From the NCBI GenBank assembly GCA_016748015.1, contig JAAOMT010000543.1, forward strand, positions 542,491 to 606,490: DNA of 64,000 nt, in the 5' to 3' direction. The notes beneath the pieces were generated by a model that ran no database searches, was not told the DNA's origin, and was given only the letters and a program-made list of their open reading frames with translations. Numbering within the stretch: position 1 is the stretch's first letter; each line of letters begins with the position of its first letter. The DNA comes from Geosiphon pyriformis uo1. Its lineage: Eukaryota > Fungi > Glomeromycota. This document shows, piece by piece, positions 52,990 to 64,000 of this stretch. The translations under genes were made by a program, and so were the position numbers.

Positions 52990-54150
52990 AACAGTTTTAA
53001 TATTTATATAGATGATTTTATCAAAAATTTTGGCTTACTTTTAATTATTGGAGGAATTACTGCTTATTTTTTTGACATTAATCTTAGCTTTAAGATCAGT
53101 ATAGATGGCATTATATTATCAACTTTGTCTAAAATCAAAACTATTTTTCTTGTACTTATTTGTGCTTTTGTAAAAAGAAATGTAATAATTTATTCAAATA
53201 GCCAAATAGACTTGAGTGTATATATAAATAAATTGAATATGGTTCTGTTCGACTTTAGAAATCACTTTTAGATAAAATAGTAATAAGTAGTTAATATTAT
53301 TAGAAATAAAAATCTGTTAATTTTCTGAATTAAAGTTAAAAGTTATGGTGATAATATAGATAATAAATATGCTAATATACTTGTTTATAAGTTCTGTTTT
53401 TTTAGCACAGTTTATTTGACTTTAGTTTATATATTGTTTATCTAATTAAATAAAATAGTTTTTTTTATAATATTTAATATTATATTATACTAAGTAAAAA
53501 AATAGATTTGATTTTGGCATGTTAAAAAGTTTGGATATTAGAAAAGTTAATTGGAAAAAAATAGCTAAAATGTAATATTCTAATGCTTATATGGCTTTTA
53601 AATTTACAAACAGATTAACAAATAGCTTATATATTTATATAATAAAAATTTTATATAAATGTTTGTTAATTGTTATCAAAAAGCATTTATATAATATATT
53701 ATATCTTAGTGTGTTGTGTATTTTTTATGATAAAATTGAAATGTCTAATTATATCTTTAAATATATTTTGGATAAGGGTTGTTATGACAAGATTTTTATT
53801 GAATTTTAAAAATATTAAATGTTTTTAATAAATATTACTATTTTATCTTTTATAGTTTTTCAGAATTTATTTTTTTGTGCAGTCAACATTGACTTATATA
53901 TGTTTTTAGTTAAAAGTTTTATGTCTAAGAGCTGGTTTAGCAAAGCTTTGCTAATTTTGAAAAAATTAAAATGTGTATTGTTTTTTTATAAAAAATTTAG
54001 TAATTGTTTATAGATCTAAAGTTTAGTATTACAGATTTGAGCATATAATTGTTCTTATTAAGAATGATTTGTTAATATTAAATAATAATTATGCATCTTA
54101 TATTAATAGTAATATAAAAAGATTTAACAATATAATTATTATACCATTGA
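52990..54150 (+). mobile_element. Heavily eroded LINE ORF2 3' half (RNase H + CCHC zinc-finger region)
   Basis: GGITAYFFD..STLSKIKTIFLVL..VIIYSNSQ..*IKVKSYGDNIDNKYANIL is a decayed RNase H (E, DSQ, WVKxHxGxxGNExAD). LYLSVLCIFYDKIEMSNYIFKY is a decayed CxxCxxxExxxHxFxC. Confidence 0.7.
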
Positions 54151-55149
54151 ATATAAAAAAAATAGAAATATGTATTTTGAAATATATTTGTATTGTTTGT
54201 TTTGTTTTAGTTTAAGTAATAATGTAAAAATTTTTAGTAAATTCATAATATTGTCTTAATTGGTTTGAATGACTAATCACATATAATAAGTACATAAATT
54301 ATATTTAGTTTATAATATATATATATTATATATTACTAAGTAATAATTAGATCTCATTTATTAAATGTAAAATAAAAAAATTTTTCATTTTTTACTAAAT
54401 AATACTTAATATTTTAATCTTAATATTTATTTTTTAAATTAATTAATTTAATAACAATAATAATATAAACAAAAAAAATAAAGTAAAAAAATATATATTT
54501 TATTAATAATTATAATTATAAATTATTGTTTTAATATATTAAAATTTTTAAATATTATTTTTTAATATTATTAAAATATTTAATATTTTGGTATTTTTAA
54601 TATTATATTATCTTATTAATTTAATATATACTTAGTTATATATATTATATATTATATATTAATTATTTTTTTTATAAATAATAATATATAATATAGTTTT
54701 AAGTAGTCAAATAATTAGTTATAGCAAAAAATATATAAATTATATTTATTTTAAAGTATTTATTATTATATCATAATAAATAATATTTGAATTTTATTTG
54801 TAAAAATTTAATAAAAAAAATATTCGAAATTTTATAAAACTTATTTGATTTTATTAATAATATTTATATATTTAATTATTGTATTTTAATAATATAATTT
54901 TAAATAATTACTTTATAATATTCTTTAAATTTTGATTTTTAATTATAATTTATATTCTTAATTATTAAGTATTTAATATATATATAATAATTTATATTAT
55001 TTAAAATTAAATTTTTTATTTTATTGTTTTCAATTTTGTATTTAACTAGTTTATTTAATAATTTATTTTTATATTTATTTTTATATATTTTTTATTAAAG
55101 TTTAATAAGCAAGATTCAATCACTATTTAATACAATATAACTATATAGA

Positions 55150-56150
55150 GTCTTAAATTAAATATGGCTTACATATTTTCTATATGTAACCAGCTATTCA
55201 AGCCATTTTAGACTATATTACATTGATGTATTTAAAGAAAATTTATGCAAAAATGACATCTTTTGAATAACAAAAAACAAAATAGTATTGTAAAAAACCA
55301 ATTTAACTAGCTATTTGGCTGTCTTTAAAGTATTAGCTTTAATATTAATAGATTCATGTTTCCAAAGAGACATCAAGTTAAAAAACACTTTATTATTCAA
55401 ATCAACTAAGTGTTTTAAATTACCAAACATATCAATATTTTTTATACAGCACTTTTTTTTAAAGAAACCACTTTTTTTCCCAACTTACCAATAATTTTAC
55501 TAAAAAAACCCATATATACCAAAATCTCATTAACTTTAAGGCCAAGTTTATTACTTAAGACCAAATTTTTATTAATAAATTGTTTAAACAATTTGACCAA
55601 AAAACCAACTGGTTTAATAATAAACTCAACCAAAGCAGAAAACTTGACCAAATCAGACTCCAAAGAAACCAACTAAGAGAATACTAAAAGCTCTTGTCTA
55701 TAAAAAAATTTTATCAAATAAATGTTACAAATTGATTTTGCATGATATTGCAAACAGTTTTAAGTTAAAAATATTATTGCCAAAATCTTAAGTACTCTTG
55801 AAAAATAGAATGACTGTTATTTTTATTAAGTTAAAAGCAGACATTCAACTATTAATCTATTTATTTCAAAGTAAAAGAATATCTTATACAGTCTTTGAGC
55901 AAGTCAAGTCATCAGCAAACAAATTTTTTTAATTTGGACTATTCAAAATACTAAATTTTTGCATTAAGTTAATGCAACTTGATATAGTATCTTATGTATA
56001 AATCTTAATAATTATACTTGTTAATGTAAAAATATAATAAATTACTTAGAAAAATGACATTTTCTAATAGGTTGCATTCAATATAATATTTAATCTTTGC
56101 ATAAATCAATTACCGTTTTAAAATAACAAATATATTGAATATATTATGAC
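55150..56150 (-). mobile_element. Eroded LINE ORF1-like relic (second family member)
   Basis: LVSLESDLVKFSALVEFIIKPVGFLVKLFKQFI... parallels LVSLEHFLELLANQVS in the 37-kb relic. Same compositional skew. Confidence 0.5.
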
Positions 56151-58660
56151 AACCAAAATTTAAGCCAAAAAGCGAAATTTTCAAAAAACATTGTAACTAT
56201 AAATTGTCTTAATTTTTTTGTTTCTGATACATTATATAAATTAAAAAATTATTTGAAAATGAAATATTTATCTTTAATTTCATTTTGTAAATAACCAGAA
56301 TGCACACAAAGCTAAAAACAAAGAAAAATATAAGGAAATTTCTGATAATTAAATAATAATCTAAAATAAAATAAAATAAAATTAGCCTGATTTCAAATTT
56401 CAAATTTAAACATGCTTTCTATTAAGCTTAATCTTGCTGTTTATTATCTTTAGAACTAAATATACAATAGTGAAATCAAAAAGTTGATGAGAACTTAAAT
56501 ATTATGCTGTGATTTGAAAAGTGTTTTTGTTAAAATTTAAATATTTAAAAATCTATTATTTACCTAATCTTAAGAAAATAGTGGAAAATAATTTTAAGAG
56601 TTAAAATTTTTATAAAAAAATACATTATATATAACTGAGAAATTAATTACTATATTACTTATTGTCTGTGCACATTTTTCAACTTTGTAATTGAATGTAC
56701 ATAAATTATTGATTTGATTTCAGTTAATTAAACTTAATTCAATATTTTAGACACTTATAAATAAACATTTATTATAGTGCTTAAATACTTTTAATTATAA
56801 ATAAAATAAATTTCGCTAATATAATAATACCTTAACTTAATGTATTTTTTAATAAATAATAATAATTTAATAAAATTTAAAATTAATTAAACATATTCTT
56901 ATTTTTTTATAAAAATCTTATCTATATTTATGGTTTTATATAAAAAAAAATTAACTATGGTATTATAATTTTACAACATAATTGATTTAGAATTAAATAA
57001 AAAGATTTCCAAAATATAAATTTAAAAACTTGTATCAAAGTATATTTAAGAATATAGATTTTTCTAATCAAAATAATTTCTAATTGAGTTCCTTAATATG
57101 TTTATTGCTCATTTAAAAAATATAAACTCAATTATGGAATTCAAAATATTTAGTATCTTGAAGTAAATACGCTTTACACATTAAAAATTAGCTTTAAAAA
57201 CAAACAAAATTTAAAACTGTTCACATTTAAGAAAAATTATTAATTTGAATATTACAATTTAGAAATTTAAACTTCAAATATTATTTAAAAGTGTGTTTAT
57301 TAATTTAAAAATTGATATTTTCTTTAATATAATTAATGTTCTTTAGTTGTTACTGTTCTTGTTGTTTTGATTATTATTATTATTATTACAGTTTTAAAGA
57401 TATAAGCAGTATTTTCACAACAATGCTAAATTCAAAAACCATATATTGTTGTTTAAATAAAATGTTGTTACTTGTGTTGAAATTTATCGTTGATTTTAAA
57501 GTTTCAACAATTTAAAAAAATTAGCTATCAATCTATCAATCAATTAATTAATTAGATTGTATTTATAAACAAATATAGCAGTTATCTGTCAAGTTTAAAG
57601 CTAAGATTGAAATTGGAGCAAAAGGTAAAAAATATGGTTTAAATGCATATTAGTTAATTAATTATAAAACACTACAAAAAATAAAGACTTTCAAACGGTG
57701 TGCTAAAGTAACACGCAGAAAATTTAGTGATTTCAACCTGAATTTTCGATTAAAAAAGAAATTGTGATTGGCTAAGCAACTTCGATCTAGATGTAAAATT
57801 AAGAACAAATTTACAACTAAAAAGCTGTTTTTGCAATTTAATTTGAAAATGACTGCAATTGAGTTTTTGGCTGGGACATTAAATTTTCTTTTACCTCAAC
57901 TATGATCTTAATCGCAGAATTTTACCTCGCTCAATATTAAAAGAAGTCCCATTCATGTAATCAGAAAAAATTTACAAGCAAAGAACATAAAAAAATTGCT
58001 TTTCCGATTATTGTTTTGACTGATTGGCACATCCTTTGAATTTAAAAAAATTTACAATATTTATTTAGTTAATTGATTGATTCGAAATGTTACTAATTTA
58101 TTTATTTTATAAATTCATTTTTATCTCAAAACAGCTATATTTATTTACTTTATGATTAAGCAAAATTTTTTTAGAAGCTTTAAAAAATAGTTAATACCAT
58201 CACATAAAAAGTTTTGATATCACGATTGAAATCTATAAAGTTAAAATAAAGAAAAATAGGACTTTTAATAAAATGAGCAAAGAATTTTTTCCATAGTGAT
58301 CTATAATTTTATTATATATTAATTACCATTAACTTACCAATAAAATTTTTTGCTTTAAATAAAATATATTTTAATTTCCAAAAGCTATATCAAAATTCAA
58401 ATAACTTTTCACCATTAAATATTTGTGCAAAATTTTCGATTANNNNNNNNNNNNNNNNNNNNNNNNNNNNNNNNNNNNNNNNNNNNNNNNNNNNNNNNNN
58501 NNNNNNNNNNNNNNNNNNNNNNNNNNNNNNNNNNNNNNNNNNNNNNNNNNNNNNNNNNNNNNNNNNNNNNNNNNNNNNNNNNNNNNNNNNNNNNNNNNNN
58601 NNNNNNNNNNNNNNNNNNNNNNNNNNNNNNNNNNNNNNNNNNNNNNNNNNNNNNNNNNNN

Positions 58661-58957
58661 ATATAGTATTACGTTGAGCAATCGTTAATTCTTTTTTTGC
58701 TCCCATTTCGTTTTAATAAAAACGACGAAAAAATCTTATATGCGCGTTACATTTCATTTTTATAAAAAAACGAGTATGAATAAAATCGATTATGCGCGTC
58801 GCGAAAAAACATTATACACGCGTGTTTAAAAAATAAAAAACGCGTAATTAAATAATTAACTAACTTAATTTAGTAATAAACTCGTGCTTTTCTAATTATT
58901 CAAGCATGTGGAATGTTGCTCCAAAGTTTGTTCGGAAACTTTTGGACACCCTCTGTA
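58661..58957. mobile_element. Terminus of a young Tc1/mariner-type element (TIR + TA target) adjoining the assembly gap
   Basis: Ends acttttggacaccctctg|ta, the reverse complement of TA|CAGAGGGTGTCCAAAAGT, a Tc1-like TIR pattern. The subterminal region is CpG-rich (cgcg motifs), unlike the flanks. Confidence 0.6.
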
Positions 58958-59879
58958 TTTAACAGAAATACTGATAAGAGATTTTGACTTTGAGTTTTCA
59001 TTAATTTTGGGAAAAACAGAAATATTTTGATTAATAAATTTTAATAATAGATATTCGGATTTAACAATATTCCCACTGATATAATAATTTCTTCAGATGT
59101 CCATAAGGCTCTGCTACCCAACATATTAAGATCGTCTTTTAATATTTTTGGGTTTTTAAATGAAAAGGTTCAAAAAATTGAAGTAATTAAAATTTTATTT
59201 TGACCTTGCCTTCATTGAAAAAGTATTTCAGCGTGGATTTAATTTGAGGCAAATTAATATAAAATTTTCAAATCCCAATAAAATTTGTTTTTCAATTTAA
59301 AATTATGGTTTTAATTAAAATAAACACTCACATTTTTCTCATTTAAAACTAATGGACATAAAAATATTTTCCTGACCATAAAATTTTTTATTCGTGCTGA
59401 TCAAATTAATATATTTCAATAGCAAGGGCAGAGGGTTTTCGTTTTACACGGTGAAAAAGTATATTAAGCATGCTCAATATTACCTAATTTTAATAATTGA
59501 ATCCGAACTTGTGTAAAAAAAGTTTCAAGGATATTTGATCATTGGTTTAAAAATAATGTTATTATTGCTTGGATTTAAGCTAATATTAGCAATTCTTAAA
59601 GTTACTACCAAACTATTTCATTTAAAAATACTTATATTAATTACAATAGTTTATTATACATTAGGTTTCTTAAATATTTTATATCGATCATTTCAAATTT
59701 CTGAATTAGATTTCAATAGGCTTAAACAATAAACAGTAAATAACAAGAGTTTATCAGAATTGGCAACGGGTGAACAATTTTGCCATTGTAAAAACCCTTC
59801 CCTGATAACTTTGTTATATACTGATAAAGTTTTATTCCTGGACTAGATGGATATAGAAAAGATAATTGACAAATGTGGC

Positions 59880-59995
59880 TACCCCCTCCCGCTCTTCACT
59901 CTTGTAAGAAATCTTAAACTAAAACTACCTCCTCCCGCTTTTCACTCTTGTAAGAAATCTTAAACTACCCCCCTCCCACTCTTTATTCTTGCAAG
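59880..59995. repeat. Short direct repeat ccc(c)tcccgctcttcactcttgtaagaaatcttaaact, about 2.5 copies
   Basis: Read directly. Confidence 0.85.
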
Positions 59996-60100
59996 GCATA
60001 AATAACAAACTAACAATTATCAATTCCTCACCACCTAACCCTAAAATTTAATTCAGTTATATGATGATCGATTGTTCATGATTTTCTATTCCGTATTCAT

Positions 60101-60613
60101 TGGTTATTCGAATTTTGAATTGCGAATTACTAGTGGGCGATAGTTATTGAATTCGTGCATTTTTGGTGGCCGGTGGTTATTCGAATGTTGAGTTGCGAAT
60201 TATTGGTGGGTGATAGTTATTGAATTCGTGCATTTTTGGTGGCCGGTGGTTATTCAAATGTTGAGTTTCGAATTATTGATGGCCGGTGGTTATTCAAATG
60301 TTGAGTTTCGAATTATTGATGGCCGGTGGTTATTCGAATGTTGAGATGCGAATTATTGATGGCCGGTGGTTATTCGAATGTTGAGATGCGAATTATTGAT
60401 GGCCGGTGGTTACTCGAATGTTGAGTTTCGAATTATTGATGGCCGGTGGTTATTTGAATGTTGAGTTGCGAATTATTGATGGCCGGTGGTTATTCGAATG
60501 TTGAGATGCGAATTATTGATGGCTGGTGGTTATTCGAATGTTGAATTTGCGAATTATTGGTGGGTGGTTATATTTGAATGTTGAATTTGCGAATTATTGG
60601 TGAGCAGTGGTTA
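60101..60613. repeat. 40-bp minisatellite ggccggtggttattcgaatgttgag(a/t)t(g/t)cgaattattgat
   Basis: Units start at 60241, 60281, ... 60521 with exact 40-nt period; longer or degenerate variants on both sides. Confidence 0.95.
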
Positions 60614-60628
60614 TCCGTCAATTGTTGG

Positions 60629-60752
60629 TGTCAAACTAGAGTCAATCTCAATAGGGTCTTCTTTTCCCGCCGATTTTGCCAAGCCCGTTCCCTTGGCTGT
60701 GGTTTCACTAGATAGTAGATGGGAAGAGTTTAACCCATGATGCACATCAATA
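60629..60752 (-). pseudogene. 28S/LSU rRNA fragment (non-functional)
   Basis: Minus strand reads ATCTACTATCTAGTGAAACCACAGCCAAGGGAACGGGCTTGGCAAAATCGGCGGGAAAAGAAGACCCTATTGAGATTGACTCTAGTTTGACA, the conserved eukaryotic LSU core with substitutions. Confidence 0.92.
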
Positions 60753-60937
60753 ACCGTAAGTGGAAGCAGACATTCGGCAGAACGGGTGCACGCACAGAGG
60801 TATAACAATTCATGTCATTGACCGTAAGTGGAAGCAGACATTCGGAAGAACGGGTGCACGCACAGAGGTATAACAATTCATGTCATTGACCGTAAGTGAA
60901 AACAGACATTCGGCAGAATGGGTGCATGCACAGAGGT
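60753..60937. repeat. 68-bp tandem repeat, about 2.7 copies, between the two LSU fragments
   Basis: accgtaagtg recurs at 60753, 60821 and 60889. Confidence 0.95.
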
Positions 60938-61046
60938 TAGAGAACACCACACTTGGCGATATAAAGGAGTTGGAAACCCCGTGCTTGGTTGAGTTTCTTC
61001 GGTTAAGGTTGGGGTTCTTTCCGGTAAAGGATGCCCCCCTCCCTCA

Positions 61047-61180
61047 CCCAACACTTAGAGCTAGAAGAGATACGTCAACACCCTTACCTGGATTGTTCTA
61101 TCAACTAGAGGTTTTAACCTTGGAGACCTGCTGCGATTATCAGTATGACTGGAGACGAGAATGAATCTCTCTTAGATTTT
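61047..61180 (-). pseudogene. 28S/LSU rRNA fragment (upstream piece, non-functional)
   Basis: Minus strand reads GTCATACTGATAATCGCAGCAGGTCTCCAAGGTTAAAACCTCTAGTTGATAGAACAATCCAGGTAAGGG...GCTCTAAGTGTTGGG, matching the conserved LSU CCGCAGCAGGTCTCCAAGG..CCTCTAGTTGATAGAACAAT region. Confidence 0.88.
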
Positions 61181-62077
61181 TTTAGTGTTCTTTGGATTCG
61201 TGAGTCGTGAGTGGTGAGTCGTTAGTTGTACTGGTTATAGCTGTTGTATTCGTGAGTTAGTGGACGTCGGTAATTCGTCGCCGATAAAGATAAGAGTAAT
61301 CCCATATAGGATAAAATTTTGCTTAAAGACAGAGAACACCTCTTTATATATGTTACTGCCTCTAAGTTGTTGATTTTGAGATCAAAAATTACGCGTTTGT
61401 TTTTCACGCAAAAACGCGAAAAAAAGAATCCAAGAATACAAGGGTGGGGTTAACTAGACATTTTTAGTAAAATTGATTTGAAGATAACCTCCTGAGTTTT
61501 TAATATGTGGTCATTAAAAACAAAGCGTCACTTTTTGAAACCTTAGTACTTTCTGGAAATTTTTTATATTATTACGCGGATCCTCATGACTAATGTAATA
61601 TTAAGCAGATCCTCATGACTCATTTTTTTTGTCTCGGCTATCCTAAAATGGCTAAATACAATCAGTATGGGAAATCAAATTCACATCCCCCTTAAAACCG
61701 TGGGACCCATATCTCTTATGCGAAAATTAATACACTAGACTCAATAATGTAAATGGCCACAGCATAAAGAACATGATTTTCANNNNNNNNNNNNNNNNNN
61801 NNGCCTTTAATAAAAAAAAAAAAAAAATTGAATTAATAAATAACAGCTATGACACGAAATATTAATTCAAAGAACAAAGTAGTTGTATTTTTGCCTTATA
61901 AAGAGAATTTTCTATTCTAAAATTATATAGTGACTAAAAGATGTTATTAAAATCAATTAAATCTACTTCAAAAGTCATATATCAACAAATAACCTTTAGA
62001 TTTAACTATCAAAATTTCAATTTCAGGAAGTTAAACTGGAGAGATATTTGATAAAGTCTTCGCTATTACCATCACTT

Positions 62078-63300
62078 TCAGTTCCCCATTTCCACTCCAA
62101 AGTAGAGGCCAGTATGTATAAACTTTCTTGGAACCTCAGCGATTGATTGTTCTGCATTGCATTCCTGAAAAAATTTTTAAAAAATGGATCTAAGAATAAA
62201 GTAGCTGTATTGAAAAACTTTCTAGATAAAAACTTTTTACAAACCGGGTTCTCCCCAGAATTCCTACCATCTGGAAAAAATGTTTCATCTAAAACTTCAG
62301 TTTGATTCCATGGCTTTGAGACGTGCTCAGAATCTTGAGATTCCCAAATGAAATATTCTGTTTTGGGGCATCCGCATGGCAACGAACCAAGAGATTCTTG
62401 ATCAAAAGAAATTAAAGTAATCCATAATTTTAACTCGTGATGTTCCAAAATGTGGTCTTCAATTTCAGGACTTGGAAAATGTGGGACATGATCATTTGTA
62501 TGAGTCACGCGATATATTTTGAGGAACTTGTTTATTAGTCGAATAAAAATAATATTCCCCAATTGGGGAGCTCCAAAAGTCATTACTTGAATTTTGAAAT
62601 TCGTGAATCTAATCGGGCTATCAGGAGTTTCTTGATCGTCAAGACAGGATTCGATTTTCCATGTTAGGCCACCTAAAGCCGCATATGCTAAAAAACTTGA
62701 TAATTTAAATATTTAAAAATTCTGCTAAAAAAAAAAATCCTATTTAAAATCTCTTAACACCACCAATTCCATAGCCTGTAAAAATAATTTCTTTGAAAGT
62801 TTTCCTACCAATAGCTATGGCAAGGGATAAATGAAAATGAACTTTTATGCGCAAAAACTCATCCTGAAGAAATTTGTCAACGAGGATTAAGTTGTTTGGT
62901 TTTAGCCCATAAACTTTCAAGAGAACCAATTGTATTTTTTGAGTTGCCCAATTATATTTTGTTAAATTGTGGTTCTATAATGATATAAGAATAGAGATAT
63001 ATAAAACAAATGTCTGGTTAGGAAAATTAATTTCAATAATTCCAAACAAAAGATTACTTTAATTTTGGGAACAAATACCTGAGAAACTTATCAAAATATT
63101 TTTCAAATATTATATTATACCACACTATTGACAAATGATAATGAAAATTTGTAAAAAATTCAACGACGTGGTTTTAGAACTTTACAACTTGGATTTTGCT
63201 TTCAGAAGGTTGTGCTGTATTCAAGTTGTCTTTACGTTAACAGAAACTTAGATTAGAATAATAAGCCATCAGATTCATTTTTTGCATAACTTTTAAAATT
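62078..63300 (-). pseudogene. Class-3 lipase-like gene lacking the nucleophile Ser; 5' part degenerate
   Basis: IIFTGYGIGG-intron-AYAALGGL, VMTFGAPQLGN, YRVTHTNDHVPHFP, LEHHELKLWI, CGCP, GENP-intron-ECNAEQSI..HTGLYFGVEMGN*. The upstream region has stops and frameshifts; the 5' boundary is approximate. Confidence 0.75.
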
Positions 63301-64000
63301 TATGGTCGGTACCGTGTGTTAAACAAAGTTAGAATAGAAAATTCGGTAGTCGTTGCTAATTTTTCTGTGTAGTTTCAAAAAATCGATGAATCGAATTCTT
63401 TTCAATTTTTTTAAAAATTTCAACTTCCCCTTACTTTTCGTTTAAAAAAATATATTTAAGTTGTGAACACAAAAAAATCTAATACTGATTATTTGATTAT
63501 TCAACCAATTTTTAAACAAAATTTCAGAACTGATTAAGATCAGTATATACATATGTCAATTTTTTTTATTCATTATATCAGAGTGTATATATAGAAAGTA
63601 TTATAAATGCTATTCTGCGATAAAAATTTGATATTTTTGAATCAAATAGTATCTTAAATTTCATTCTAAAACGTTTTCGCATACATTTTCTTTGTAGCGA
63701 AATATATTAAAGTGGGCAAGTTATTGCACGAAATCATATAAGCATATATTTAGTTGTACAAATATTTCAAAGTAAATAAAATATTGAGAGCTTTTCAAAG
63801 CAAATTCGAGAGGCCCATGAAAGAAATAATATTTTATTAATTCAATCTAGAAAATATTCAGGTCATAAAATTTAAAATATACTGTTAAAGATGAAAAATG
63901 AATAATTTGATTTAATAAAATTAAATTATTACTATTTGTGTCTGATGGAAGACAGTAATATTGTTAGTGGCACCTTTAATAAATCAATATAATATGTCAA

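Noticed and set aside
60241-60560. tRNA or B-box similarity of ggttattcgaat in the repeat
   Set aside because: Does not match GGTTCGANNCC, and no cloverleaf can be formed.
60101-60613. CRISPR-like array
   Set aside because: Units are contiguous 40-mers with no unique spacers, there are no cas genes, and the context is eukaryotic. It is a minisatellite.
60611-60808. ORF ...[21 protein letters not shown]... (and the opposite-strand ORF 60880-61164)
   Set aside because: Spurious translation of LSU rRNA and repeat sequence.
60629-61180. Functional rDNA unit
   Set aside because: Only two short mutated fragments; the conserved core between them is missing, and no SSU, 5.8S or remaining LSU is present.
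61380-61460. Helitron 3' end (hairpin + CTAG)
   Set aside because: The hairpin is too far from the CTAG and the next base is not T; not supportable without other copies.

Overview
Very AT-rich, intron-rich eukaryotic (fungal) genomic DNA with three N-gaps. The gene families point to Glomeromycotina (arbuscular-mycorrhizal lineage): an HRDLHSGNIL tyrosine-kinase-like kinase, class-3 lipase-like relics and a characteristic LINE family. From memory the LINE and lipase families resemble those of Geosiphon pyriformis; this is inference and was not checked. The left ~30 kb is gene-dense. It holds the 3' end of a CBR1-like carbonyl reductase, a complete COP1 (RING/coiled-coil/WD40) E3 ligase, a GCR1_C-domain regulator, a secreted SGNH phospholipase-B-like enzyme, an alpha/beta-hydrolase pseudogene, a small secreted repeat peptide, a CsbD-like stress protein built from tandemly duplicated exon+intron units, a Q/N-rich orphan, a TKL kinase, and a bacterial/plant-type citrate synthase ending in SKL. 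The right ~34 kb is an eroded repeat compartment with LINE relics, DNA-transposon relics and lipase-like pseudogenes lacking the catalytic serine. It contains three less-eroded islands: a P-loop NTPase + PD-(D/E)xK nuclease (Crinkler-type) gene, a Tc1/mariner terminus, and a mosaic of two collinear 28S rRNA fragments interleaved with 68-bp and 40-bp tandem repeats. Exon boundaries were read by eye and are approximate unless stated.
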